Below, one piece after another: positions 36,028 to 50,400 of a stretch of 64,000 bases of DNA. Below the pieces are notes generated by a model, which worked only from the letters and a program-made list of their open reading frames with translations, had not been told where the DNA came from and made no database searches. This DNA is from Gonapodya sp. JEL0774. Lineage: Eukaryota. Position numbers and translations under genes: made by a program. The stretch covers positions 248,001 to 312,000 of the forward strand of contig JADIIX010000001.1 in assembly GCA_027604505.1 (NCBI GenBank), read 5' to 3'. Within the stretch, counting starts at the first letter, position 1; every line of letters begins with the position of its first letter.

Positions 36028-39000
36028 TCACCCGCTGTGACTCCCGACCACCCCGCTACGACTTGCACTTCTGGAAATCGCCTCAGATCGTAACCCACCT
36101 GCAGACGATCTAGGTCTTGTCACACCAACACCCACATTTGAGCCCCCAGCACCAGAGGAACCCGTTTTCCTTCCGCCCGATGCCGCCACAGAAGATAACC
36201 CCGGCCGCTCCACTCCAGATCTCGCCAGCAGAAGTGGGGGCTTAGAAGAAACGCGCGACAGGGGACGCCTGGACACAGGGGCTAGAGGCGCAATGGAAAA
36301 TGAGAAAACGTGCCAAGTGGCGTCGGTGTCACTATGACGAGATAATGGACTATTGCGTGTCCGGGTATACACTCACCTTTAAATTTTGGCTTGTCAAGAG
36401 AATCACTGCTCAGAGCTGCAATGATCTCTTCAAATGTCGGCTCAGGGTCAGCTGTTTGGTTCTCATCAGAGTCAAAATCGGACCCAGAGTTGGAAGCAGA
36501 GCTAACTTCGTTGGGTACCTGAGAACGGAGGGATAGTTTGTGATAACGTGTGAAACAGCTTCTCTTGTGTGCACTCCGCAAACCCACCGCAAGCCCATCG
36601 CACTCACTCTGCTCTTCGATCCACTTTTCACTCCCACAAGCAGTTCCGCTTCTCCACCACGCTTCCTTTCTTTTGCACCTCTGGGGGTTTGACCCCGTGC
36701 CGCTCCCAGATTCCTGAAGTCTCTTCCATCCACCCCCTCTCCAACAATTGCACATGTACTCTCCAAATACTCTGGTACTTCAATCCCCTTCCTTTCTAGC
36801 AATCTCCTCAGTTGCTCATTTTCGACGGCGAGAGCGCTCAACTCGTCAGCCACTCCTCCTTCCTTTCCTCCAGTCCCCGCGCCGGCAGTAGCAAGAGGCT
36901 CCATTGCACCAACAGACGTCAACCAAGGGGCCGTTGCGCTTCCCAAACGCTTCTTTTTTGCTCCCACGGCGGATCCAAGCGCGTTTCTGTTGGCGCCAGC
37001 TCTAGCGGTCCCTGGTGTCCCTACTGGAGCACTCGCAAGTCGGGCTGATGGGAGACGAGACGACGGACGGTTCGCGAGGGGAAACACCACGGAGTCTTGA
37101 AAGAAGCTTGCGAGCGAAGGTGGAGCTCTGCGCGTTTCGGGAGACTCAGAAGGCTGAAGTGGCAAAGGAGAAAACCCATCTGGTGGCGATGATTGCGCAG
37201 TGACCATGCCTGCCACATTCCCGGAATGGCGTACACTATGCGTGTCAATTCCCCCAGTGAAGGCCACTGCGACGGGGCACACTGTTCGATGCTCTTGTCG
37301 CTCGAACAACAGTTGCTCGATTAAAGTGCGATGTTCTTGAATTTGCTTTTGAAGCTTTCTTTCGGGACCTTTGCTGTCGTTATGTAAGGTGTCGTTCTCA
37401 TGGCGTGAGGATGAAGAAGTAAAGGACACGTTTTGAAGCTTCAACATTTGCGCCTGCTCCTTGACTTGTTTCCTCATTGCGTCCAACTCTGTCTCTGCTA
37501 CGGCAAGGTCCTTTTGACTTTTGGTCAGCTGCTTGCGCAGAATGTACTCCCGTGCATCAGCATCCTTGTACTGGGTGAAGAGCTTTTCCTCGGTGGAAGA
37601 TACTTGCTCGCTCAGTTTTCGTATTTTCTTGTCATTAATGGAACGCAAGCCTTGCTCTTTGATGAGGTTCATGGAGCGGAGTTTCATCAGCTGTTATGTG
37701 AACAGGTAAGCTCGCTCACAAAAAATGCCTGCGTGCGGGTGATTCGAGTCCTCACAGTCATTTTCAACTCATGGTTCTCTTTTCTGAGTTCGCTCATTTC
37801 GTCCTCCACGTTGAGCTGAGCTTTTGCGCCTTCTTTGACTGCCTTGGGCATGGACTTGGACAGGACCATGTGTGACAGCTCTTCTTTCTTGGTTTCGGAC
37901 ATAATGTCCAATACCTCCTGCTTTGTGTTCGTTTTATACTCAAGGAAACGGTTGCGGAGAATGTGCGAGTGCAAAACGAGCTCGTTGACTAGTTCATCGT
38001 ACTCGTCGATTACTTTGTTGCGGATGCGGCGCTCCTAGTGGTCACGAACCGAGATGCAAATCGATAGACTCTCCAGAATCATACAAAAAGGACCCATACG
38101 CTGTTCCTCACCTCCACACGCCGTGCACCTTTTAGCTGTTCCAGTTTCATCGTCGCTTCGTGCAACTCTGCAGCGATAGCATTTGACTCCATGCGAGACT
38201 GAAGCAAAACGTCTCGGCGGAAGTTCTTACCGAAGTAAGTTCACCAATTGTGCTTCTTATATCTCAGGGAATCCCTTACACCAACTCACCTCGAGCAACA
38301 ACTCCTTTTGCCGTACCATAAAGTGTATAATGAGCTCATTTTGCCTGATCATGTCCACTAATCGGGATGATATGGCTCCCACAAACTCGTTTTCGTCGGC
38401 AGACCTCTTCTGCTGCCACTTTATGAGTTGAAGAGCAAACTTCGATATGACTTGGGACAGGTAATCACGGGATACACTAAAGCTCTTGGACTCGTCAATT
38501 TTAACATTTGCGAGACGGGCAAGCTTTGTTTCTTTGTTCTGGAAAGCAAGCGACGATGGAGACAGATTTCAATGAACGACATCTGTGGTGTCACGAACCC
38601 AAGCCTCCATGCCACGGTAAAGATCTTGAACAAGACCTTGTATGATAGCCGATTTGTCGGCAAAGTCCTGCTCTGATATCTTAAAATTCAGTCCTGGGGA
38701 AAGCGTTGAAGAAACGTTGATGAAGTCGACCTTTCTGAATAGTTTTCCAGACCGTTCATCAGCAAGATGCTCAAAGTACACCCTTCCTTGTCGGAACATT
38801 TTAAGGGTGTGTTCCTGGAAAATATAGGACTGAAGTGCTTGAATCTGGCACTGGTCAAATGTCTGCAACCAAGAAATCAATTCAAGACCGTTAAAGTAGT
38901 GGTTTGAGACACTAACTCACCATCTGTGCAACAACATTCAGTCGTACTTTGTCCCCTTCCGAAGCTAAAATAGTTTCTCGTAGTAGATTAGCTTTGATTC

Positions 39001-42000
39001 ACCGTCCGGTCAGCGACTGCAAAGGGGCACAACAACCCACGTCTGAACAAACGTACCTGGATTGGCATTACCTTTACCCCCGAGGCGATGATATATACGC
39101 ACAGCATCTGCTAGAATCGCGATTTTGTAATTGCGCATAAAGTCACCGACTTCATTCGGAGCAAGGTGTGGCCATGTTGGGACATTCATTCTCCCGAACT
39201 CCCTCCGGAGACAAGATAAGCGCGCGACAGCACCGAGGAACGTCGTCAAAGAACGACACACAGTTTCAACTCCTTCACCGTAGCTGTTGTGACTTTGTAG
39301 CGTTAAGTCTTCGAGGACTTCCTCCAGCTGGTACAGAGTTGGACACTTGGTTCAACACACAGCTATCAAACAATAGCACTCACCTCTAGAACTTTCATGT
39401 CCAGAACCGCCTTTTCGCGAGTACCCAGATTTGCGAAGATGTACGGAGTAATTGATGCTGATGGTTTGATCCACAGTTTCGTCTGCAACCAAGTACCAAC
39501 AGTGGAAGAAATATTTTAGTCTAACAACCAAAATGTGTCTCAACCGAAATTTGATCTCTACTTCAGTCAATGCTTTGTGTAGTGACGAGAGACCGCCACT
39601 ACGTATTCTTGTCGCCCGCACTGATGGATAGTGAAAGTTTAAAGTCCGGCGGAGTTGCTCCGCGCTGTCAGCAGCCTTGAAATTGCAACATCACAATACG
39701 AAGAACATGAAGGCACTGATATCTGAATAACACTTACTGAGCTGACGATTAGGGAGAATTCGCCTGCGAGCACAACCGCTTTCAGTTTTATGTGTAGAAA
39801 AGTCCACTTCAGAGAAAGATAGCGCTCAGTTCTTCCTAAATCGGCAGGAACACCAAAGTACATCATGTCTTTCTTCATAGTGTTGATAAAGTTAACAACA
39901 TGATCGGCGACTCGGACAATCTTAACTGGAAAACCAGATGGCATCAAAATCCTATCAGCCAGGATATTGACGCGATACTCACCGGTTGCTTGATAACGAT
40001 TGTTGTCACGCAACAACTGACCATACACACAGGCCAAGTGAAATATATCGAGCAATTGATACTGGAGGCTCAGAGACTTTCCATAAATCTGACTATTCGG
40101 AAGAATAGGGGCATTAAAATCCTCAACCTGTTTAATGGTTCGTTCAAGTGGTGCCAGACCCTGAAACGATGCAGACAAGCCATTATGCCGCGGTTGTATG
40201 AAACAAGGACGCGCAGAAACTACCAGTATAATCTCGGAAGGATGGGCTATGTACCATAACTTGGCAAGTTTGTCATGCGCAGCAGAGGGTGGTGCAGCTA
40301 CATCTTGGGTCTGGACGTTTCCCTCACCAACAACGTGATCAAGTTTCGGTTCCTTTTCCTTGTCTTCGGGTTGATAACAACAAGGTTTAACACCTAAAAA
40401 AGTTGGACTGGATTTCAACTTACTGAAGTAATCCATGATTTTGCGAACTCTGGATGGCTTGAAGACGAGCTTTCCGAATTTAGTTCCGAACACCCTTTTG
40501 CGAAGTTCTTGCATTAATTGTGAGAGCTCAAGCTTCTCGCACTGTTCGGTTACAGCTTCACGCATGTTAATGTAGTACCATTCCAGCAATTTCATCTGTA
40601 GACGCCAAATTTAGAGGCGGATCGCTCTTGTAGAACCGGCAAACTTCACACCTTCATTGAGAGAAAAAGTTCTTCTGGCACAACGGATTTTGATAAGTAT
40701 TGCTGTCTGAGCTCTGGCATTCTGCGTTTTCATCATCATAATAGAGGTGTGTGATTTGATCCCGACATTATCGCAAATGTCAAGTTGACGTACGTTTTTG
40801 CGTACTCCCCAAGCATCAACTTCCGAAGAATCTTTTTCCGGTGCACTAGTGAGCATATAAAGAGCTTGTAGTCAACGTCCGAAATAACTTTGTTTGTTTC
40901 TTCTTGGCGCTCTTCCTGTTCACAGAGAAGCCACCGGGTCCAGTAATTTGTCTCGTGCATGTACCAAGCAGATCAAAATTCTTTATGTACCTGTAACTGT
41001 GCAAAGCTGGCACGCGATAAATCTTGACAAGAGAGTAGCTGCTCGTAAACTTCAACCAAAATGACGTTGTGCAACTCGACGGAAGAGTGCAAATGAAACT
41101 GTTCTACGATTTGAATCTGGATTCGGAAGTAGTAAGCAAGGGCATTTTAAACACAGTTTGGAGAATACCTTCAACGCCATGGAAAGTTTTTCGAGTGAGC
41201 CAGGAACCATCGCCTCCATGATACCGTTCAGAGAGTTAAAGTTGAAAGCGGAAACAATTTTTTCGTCGAGTTCTGTCACTGCCAATCCAAAGAAAGGTGG
41301 CATTTTGTCCCATAAGTTCGGTATTCGACACAATCCGCCTTCCTCATGCGACATCTGCTCGCTTTCATCTTCAAGTTCAGAATCGACAAAAGGCTAAGTA
41401 TCCAAAGCTTGGTGATCAAACTGAGAGAATCGGATTGAGAGGTCAAGCTGAGACCCACCACCTTCCGTGCAAAGTCCGCACTGTCAGTAACAAGATCTAG
41501 CTTAAGCGCAGCAAGCCTAGTTCCCAACAGAGAACGATCTGCCGTCATTACATTTAGCTGTCTTTCAGTCGCAATGCGGCTCCATTCTGCAGATGTTCAT
41601 GTTTGAGAACTGTCCGACAACAACTTCAACATCTTATTACCTGTTTCCATCCATGATAGCAAGAGCCTGTTTCGCTTAACAAGAATGTGCAAAAGGCGTT
41701 TTACAATCTCACGTCCCCGTGCACTGAAGCCTGGGTCCTCCCATCCAGAACCCTTTGCGAACGTGATACCTAGAGGTTTGGTGCTATGGTTGCCCTCTTG
41801 AGGAGAATATATCTATTGTATTGGAGTAATGAATCATACAATGTAAGGTTTCAACAGAGAACTGAAGCATTACCTCGGCCACGACGATATCCGGAAGTAG
41901 AGGATTCTCCAACCACAGCGTCCCTTCCAAACCGCCCAGTGCAAGTCCAACAGAAGACGCTAAAGTCGTTGTCACCGGGCCAGTCAACTGGATCCATGAA

Positions 42001-45000
42001 TCCTGTCGGTAATAGACAGTGTGGAGTGAATGAGATTTCGAATCGACGGGAATCTGATCTGAAACAAACCAGCATCCATTTCCAAGCGACCGTCTGAGCT
42101 ACCCCAGGATCGCAAGGATTTCCGAATATCTTTTCGTAGGCGACCAGCAGATGAGTGTGTACAAGTTGGGCCGTCTTGTGCACATCCGCGATCAAGGATA
42201 GTGCAGGAATAACTTCAAACAAATCTATTTGAACCTGTGGTGAGTTGAGCGATACGCTCTTCGTTTTTGTCCAAGCTTTCGAGATTGCAGATGTCTCAAA
42301 TTGTTTTCCGATCGCACACTTGGATTCAAGGTGCTCACCGCTTCTTGGCGGTAATCCCGCAAACACTGATGAAACTACCGAATGGCTGGATTCGATGGTC
42401 GACCCGTTTTCATTCGTGTTATGATCAGCCGCCCGTTCATGAAACCGATCAAGCCAATCACGGTGTTCCGTGATGCAATCCGTGACAATGCGAAGTGTCG
42501 CCTGTGCTCTTATGATGAGTGAATGTGTAGCCGTGAGGTATGATCTTTGGAATCCATCATTCTAAAATTTTCACATTAGTTGGACAGTCATGACAGTTTC
42601 GAACAAGTGCACGGCATACCGCCATATCGACCAACGGCCGCTCCGCAAGTATGTCAGTAATCGTCTGTGAGAATGCCATGCAATGCTCGATTGTCCGAAT
42701 ATGCTCATATGAGTCAAGAAGGGCGCAGATCGTCTACACGGAGACAAAACATTTGATACTCACTACTGAACACGAGTTGAGCATGGACCTACTAGTATTT
42801 TTGCAAAATGAAAATCCACCTCCGAATTATACAAGTCCAAGAGCAGCTGCGCTCGGTCTACATTCGGATTCAAGTATGTTACATTTTTCAAACCTGGATT
42901 GAGCGATAGTGTCAGCCTCTCCGAGAAATCGTGCCTCAACAGATACGCACTAGTTCCTCTTGTGGTCATTTTGCTCCTTAGTTCATCCATGTATTCTTGA
43001 GTCTGTCGCGTGCGAGAGTTTGAACGCCCCCCCACTTCCTTGTTGATAAAAATTGTGCCGATGCGGAGAATCTCATTCTCGATTTTCGCAAAATCGGACA
43101 TTGAGATATCTGAAACCAATGACATTAACGATTTGCAGAGCGAACGCGGATTCTACCATTACCATAGACGAAATCAACGCCTCGATGATCCTTGGTTCGA
43201 ATGCTCTCTCCAATAATACTTCGGACGTCTTCGCTGCACGGCATCGGGGTTGACTCTTGGAGGTCTGGCAAGTCAAACATCGTCTGACGCCACCTTTTCA
43301 TACATTGATCGAGCATAAAACCGCATTACACCCCGACACAATTTCTAAACTTATTTGCAGACAGCGACTCACATATTTGTAATGTTTGCTGCTGCGGCAA
43401 GTGAAGAAACTTTGCCACGCTGGGACCAACTCTGGTGAACGACATCACAGTATCGATGAAGTCAAACTGTTAAAATGCCAAATATTTTGAGCTGACTTAC
43501 TTCGACAGGACCCTCCGTGGCACGATTCTTCATTTCCCGTAACTGCACAGCGATCACGACGTTAACTGACAGGGCGGCCACTCGGTCGCCTGTTTGCTCA
43601 ACTCACGTCAATAGCGAGTCTCCTTTCCACGCTACGGTTGAAGTTCAGTTGTCGAAGAAGAATATCCCGTAACTCACCAAGGCGAATGTGACGTAGTAGT
43701 GAGAATGTTACAAGTTCGTGCTCCGCGAATAATAAGGTCGTGGTCGGCTTTATAGATTGGTAACCACCAGATTTTGACGCTGTGCATGTATCTACATTCA
43801 TCCAAGGCTGGCTCACCTCACGTATGTTTGCCTCAATAGCCTCCGCACCATCATCGTCACCAATTTCCTCCACGATTTCTCTAAGCTCGGAGTTTTTGGC
43901 GATCATTTCTGCGAGCTTTCGCTTCTTGGCATCAAGGCTTCTACCTTCATTCAATCTGGGGCGTGCTGGATCGGGTACAAGACTACCCAAATCAAACAGT
44001 GAAAACAAGTTCGCGTCCCCGCTCGACCCTGGAGAATCTCCATTCCCCACTGAGCCGGGCCTTGAATTGCGAGACCCCTGGGCGATGGATCCTTGCCTTG
44101 ACTTTGGTCGAGCAGATTTCCCGAAGTCTTCATCATCAATAATGAGCAGATCCTGCTCTCCAATCATGGCGTGATTGTCCAATTGGCCTGCGCTTTGTTT
44201 CATTTGATCTAGCGTTTCATCCAATGCGGTACCAGCAAACGATACCGTAGCCTTACTAGCTCTTCTTTTCGCTAATGCCACGCTCGCTCGTCTTGACATT
44301 GAACCGGACAAGCTCATCCGCTTTTCAACGCTGACTGCTGTCGCGTTCCCTCCCTCCTTCTCCGTCCATAATCGCGCAGCCTCTTTGAACCTCCCCAGCA
44401 CGTGGTCTGGGTCCTCACATCCAACAAGCTCCCATTCGTACCTCAGCTCAAAGTCAACACCCTTTTCGACTTGCAGTTCTGCGGTACGGCCGTCTCTGAA
44501 GCGATCCGGTGAGGGGTGAAGCAAAATGTCTTGCAGCCAGTCAGCCCGACGAACGTAAGTTGCCGAATGATCAATCTCCGGGGGCATTATCGACGAGAAA
44601 GGATAGCTCGGAGGGCGTGGAGATTGGATGGTTTCATCCGCAAGCATCCCCGCCGCTACGGCAAGAGCTCCGACCCGGTCGATATTCACAGTGTTGGAAG
44701 CTGATTTTGCACTTTCCTGTGTTGGCGATCGCTGCGACTCGTTGCCTGATCCCACTCCGATGCCCCCTACACCTATTCCCCAAATGGTCTCGTACTCGAT
44801 GACGGGCTTCTTCGCCACCCTCTCGCGCAGCTGGCATCGTAGTCTACTTTCTGCCTCATAAGCGGTCGCCCTTCCCCCATCTTGGTCGAGGGGCGCTTTC
44901 ACACAGAGCTGTTCCATAAGCCCCCGAAAAAGCTGAATGAAAATGTCTGGTTGTGGGAACCGCTGTGGGAGACGGAATCGGTGGACAACGGGGCGCGCTG

Positions 45001-46743
45001 CAACTGGATAAGTTCCGGCGAAGAGGGGGGCGTAGAGTGGGTCTTCGAGGACTGATTGTGTGGCAGGGAGACTGCAGGACCCGGAATTGCCACCCCAAAC
45101 TCCTGATATCCCACGTTCTACACCAACAATGTCACCGATCATGCCCACCATCTCGTTTGCGGTAAGTTGATTGACTCGAGCTCTCCAAATTTGAAACTTA
45201 AATGTTGCACCTGCATGTTGTGCACAAAGAAGGCGGAAGAAAACGAGGAGATCTGATGAAGTGTAGCCTGGATCGGGCAAGCGCTCAAGCGCTAACGGAA
45301 AATAAGCGGAACGCGGAGTGGGGACATCCTCATCAAGGACCACTCTTCCGGTCGGTACATCTTGTCCAGATAACTCTTGTTCATCGCATTCGTTGAGAAT
45401 TTCTAGATCTGGAAGCACAGCAGTCAAACGGCGACCAGGTCTATCACGGTCCGTCGAGCTGAAAGAAGGACGCCTTTGATTGGTGGACACAGATGATGGA
45501 GCCGCAGAGATTGTGCTTCCATTGAGGTAATCCCTTGCGGTTGACACGTTTGCGAATGTCCCTGACGGCCTTCGCTCTGAAGGCTTGAGGAGTGAATCTT
45601 GGCGGTACTCATCAGGAATAAGGGATTGCCGCCTCGGTGAGAATCCAGCAGATTCAGAAACCGATTGGGGGCTGTCTTGCGGTAGAATTCCTGCACGCTC
45701 CTCTGCAACACGCGCGGCGGAAACACGCCGCTGGAGTAGAGACAACGGAAAGTGCGCAGAGCGTCGTTGTGAATAGAGTGTATGAATGGAGGGTGAAGTC
45801 ACTTCATTTCAAACACACAATACTGGCTCACACTACAAGCTACTTACTTCTTCGTCGTCCTTTTCCTTCCGTTTTTTCGCAGCGATGTCCGATAACCTTT
45901 CCCAACGTTCAATGGCATCAAGAAACTCCTTGCGCAGATGTTCGAGGCGAGTGCGAAGAGGAGTAAGGTATGCAGGCAGAGCTTGCTCTGAAGCAGCATG
46001 CGAAGACAGACGTGTACGGTTTGGCGCCGTTCGATGGGGACTTGTCGTGACTGTGTAGAAAGTTGGGTTGAATTGAATTGTAGTATACACTGCGCGACAG
46101 AGAAAATCTCAGTTACGTAAGAAAATAATCAGTCTCACCAAACTTTCGCCACCTCTCAACAAGAATCCTCGCTTCCTCGATGCACTCATGTGCTCGCTCC
46201 CCAAAGAACTGAGCCAGACGTTCGACAGTGGACCCATGTTCGAGATTGTCTCCCACATTCTCGCCGAGTTCTAATTCAGTATCGTGCCATGTCTTCATTG
46301 TTTGAGCAGCGAGCTGGCTGGCAGTTACAAGCCGAGGTGGATTATCCGCCCCATCCACTGCTTCACGGAGCTTGGCATGCCTTAAACTGCGATAAGACTC
46401 GTAAAATGGCAAATTGTTTGGGAGAAGAGGAACGCGGTCACGACGACCGTCTGCGAGATTGTGAAAGTCTCTGAGGCGGGAATCCAGAAGAGGTCTGATG
46501 TCTGCCAAGAGCTGTAGCGCATCATCGACAATCATGGCCAAATCAAGGGTCAGTCAGTTTTAAAAAGAAACTTACTGCATCCATCTGAGCATCGACATTT
46601 GCCAGATTGTCTCTATTCTGCGTCGCGAAGGTCTCCCTCACAAGATCTTCCATTGATGCGGACGCAGGGGCAGAAGCCAATGAGTTTCCACCCCCCAATG
46701 GTGCAGAGGAGGATGCCAAGTTGGCATTGGCATTCAATTCCAT
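36028..46743 (-). CDS. Giant multi-exon DUF4549 / CCDC162-like protein with a C-terminal coiled coil
   Basis: Continuous chain of minus-strand exons: ERLAQFFGERAHECIEEARILVERWRKF..EFLDAIERWERL (DUF4549-like), LRHIRLGELRDILLRQLNFNRSVERRLAID, DRAQLLLDLYNSEVDFHFAK, and a coiled coil at 37.3-38.4 kb. Could be two genes. Confidence 0.65.
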
Positions 46744-47451
46744 GCTCAATGCACGAGTTATCGCCTAAGAATAATTTCTTCTCTGGGTGTGGAGTTAGTT
46801 TGGTTTGTTGGACACAGTTCACGGGCGCCCTGAGTCAGTGAAGACCGTTGGGAACCACGCCACCGTCTCACAGGATATTCAGTCTCGCATTTAACTCTCT
46901 CTAGCCATCGAGCGATACCATAAATCCTTCAAATCACTATTATAATCACTTTGAACTAGTTTGCCGCTCAGACCCCACAGCTCTACTATTTGGTCCTCCC
47001 ATAAATAGACTTTCGCACAGTGCCTATCCAGTCTCCTCCATGAACTTCGCCTCGAACGGCATGTGCTCTACATACCACTGAGAGACACCGTGGGAGTTGT
47101 GACGTTTATTCGCAATAACTGAGAGAGAGAGGAAACGGGGTGCGAGTAATATGTGAACAATACCAACCAACCAATCGTCCACCCTCAATCAAATGAGCAC
47201 ATCTTCGATTGTATAAGGAAAGGCCGTCCTTGCCCGTTATTTAGTTTGGCAATCACGCTGTGTATATTGCATAAGGGCAAAAATGAGCTCTGGTGCTCCT
47301 GTACAATGAATAACCAACTCCCGCTCAGATTCTGTATTCATTGTTCATCATTCGCTGAATTTTGATGCTTTATAATTACAGTAACCATGTCGGGATTGGC
47401 ATCTCGTGTTCATTTATGCAGTTCATTCAGTTTTACTAAACAATCTTAAAA

Positions 47452-50400
47452 CTACTCGTCATCATTCAGGAAAATTCCCCCTGATTGTATAAGCCTCGCT
47501 AGTTTTGCATTTGCATTTATAGCATGTGCCGGAATCACTGGCATGGTGTTTTATCAATGGTGATGAGTTCTCATTCATCGACAGTCAACCGCAGAGTGAA
47601 ATGTCCACTCACTGTGAAGGATGTTCACAAGTGCCTCCATTTCATTCTCTCTCTCTTGCAAGAGGCGACGAAAGTTTAGTGTGTAAAGTGTGACAACCAC
47701 AGCGATTGCGACTGCAAAGAGTGCTTCCGATGCCGCTTGTGCTTGCATATTGCCCGAGGGAAGAAATGAATTCTGTGGAGCGATTCACTATGGCTCAGGA
47801 TGTCTTACGCAGGAAAACCATACAGCAGATAGTCACCAGTATCAGGTTGTCTACTTTTATCAAAGCCCCAATGCTGGAACCAAACCGCGTGAGTTTCATG
47901 TGAACAAACCTCCAGGACGAGTTATTCTTACATGTCTTGATTTATTTGCTCCATGAAAATAAGTCTATCATCGGCAAAATTGTGTGTTGCTCTCAAAGCG
48001 TTGAGAGTGAGAAAAGACCGAGCACTTTTGATGTAATCGTTGATCTTCGGCGAATCGGAAAACACAAAAGCAGAGTTCGGTGATCAGCGCTCACAGTTCA
48101 TAAAACGGCACGGACAGTACATACTTGATTGTCTGCAGGCCTTGTAACCGACTCGTATGTCAGCCCTAAAATGCCGGGAATGAACGAAAATGTGAGCGAT
48201 CTCTCGTCCTCAAGGGAAAACCGGCATCGTTCACCTAGCGTAGCGTTGAAGTACCTTGTGTTTGGATCACAAGAGTCAGCCTTGCAGCCTCTATATGAAC
48301 AAGTAATGTCACAAAGTGGTACAATATATTGGAGCCCGGAGATGCATTGATAACGACTTGAGGTATCAAATACCCACGTTTGTTCTGTTATGGATGATAT
48401 GATGGGCATACTGGTCGTCGGAGGAATCTCGGTTTGTCCGTGCCCTGTAATTGCATTTGAATGCACAGCTGCCAAGCTTTCTATCCTGTTAAACAAGAAT
48501 AAATCACTAGAATCAGTATGTTTTTAGGTGTGGGATGGGCAAGGAGACGTACGAGTCCTCCAAGTACATCTCTGTCGTCCCGAATGTCCAGGTTGTATTG
48601 TCACCAATAAGTACCTGTGAAAATGAGAAGGCGCAAGTTGAACTTAAGCAAACGAGCAGAAGCGTCACGATTGACGGTCCACCTCGTACGCGAGTGTGCG
48701 GACTTCTCGGATGAAGTACTTGCGACCAGATCCAGCTGAGGAAAACCGACAGAACGATCCATAACTCGTTGCATGCGAAGTGCAGATGTAAAATTTGGTA
48801 AAGTACTCACTATAGTTCACAATCTGCAAGTGATGGTGAGTTTGAAGATACTGCACAGCACATCAATTTCTCTCTCACCTTGATATACTCCTCGTTTATA
48901 GGAAGCCGCAGAAGTACGGGTACTAGGACAGCAATCGAGCAGACACCAATGGCAAAAAGCGAAGCCCAGAAATTCATAGATGTCTTCCAACCCTCCCCTG
49001 TTCGTGGTCCGTCCTATAATCCGTGATAAGTGTGGAAAGATGAATGTAGAATTTACCTCCGCTGGACTCACTTGGCCGAGATTTGACGGCAGTTTGACAC
49101 CATCGTCTATTTGCAAGAATTCCAACTGCTCGTCGATTGTGAGAAGAATCTCATCTGTCACCTTTTTGGAAATACTGCGAATATACTTCAAATATCCAAG
49201 CTGCAGAGGATTGTGTTCGAGTGAGCGCAGGAATAAAGTGATAAAGCTGTCACCAATAATACACTGAGCTTACTTGCATTCTGTGTGTCCCCGTAAGTAG
49301 GGGATAGAAAACAAAAAAGCCCAGGGCCATCACAACGAGACACTCCAGCACAAGCAAGACCTGGAGCAAATAAGTCAGGGGTTCATACCTCGGCAGGAGT
49401 ATCGTTTAACACTGGGATTTCTCTCACTCACGTATATCACTGTAAGCTGGCTTGTCACATTGGAAACAACTAAGACGAAAATTCCATGAGGTAAGTTGAA
49501 TCCAGAAATTAATCATCGGGCATTTTCTAAAACATTAACCAAACCATCACTCACACTCGGCCTCGCCGTTAATATTTACATCTAAGCGCTCGGTGTTTTT
49601 AGGAGGTGAAAGTCGACTCACTTCCATACAACCACGTACCTCGAAGACCTTGTCCAGCAACCAGCATATTATCAACGAGAAATCTCACTCTCCGGTCAGA
49701 TGAAGGGGCTACCGATTGGTAGTAGGAGATGTCTGGAATAGCGCATATGTTGTCAGAGGTATGTATTTATTCGAAGAGATCAAACATTTACCTTCCAGTG
49801 CAAGGCTCGCCGACGCTTCCAAAACTTCCGACGCGAGCTGATACTGGTTTACGTACTTTAAATGGGGTGAGACTCTACCGCCGGGGGTGGAAACCTCATC
49901 GTATTTGATGATCTGCTGGATTCCAGTTGTCATGTCACTTCGGGCTGTCAGATATGGCATCGATTCAAGAAAGAGCTTGTCGTGGTACGTCATCATTTCG
50001 CTCCTCCAATGGTTGAATTGTTTAAAGTCCCCTTGATGGCCCCAATAAGACATGAGACGGGCAGATTGACAAATAGCCAGTGCATAGCGACCGATGTCTG
50101 TTGTTAGCAGAAACTCCGAGATACTGTCATCCACTAGGAGGAAGAAGAGGCTTCTAAGGACAAGATCGAAGCAACAACGTTTAAGAACTCACGGGACGAA
50201 ATGACAAAGTTAGAGTATACGAGTGCAAAGATTATCATTCCACCAATCATTAGCATAATGATCTGGAGGCGTTTACTATAGGTTTGAGGGACAGACTAAT
50301 CCAATTTTTGCAAATGAGCTCAGTTAAACTTTGACGCTTCTTAACGCCGGGCGGGTCAGAACTTGCCTTGACTCTCCGTGTGAACTCCATCCTCATAGCT

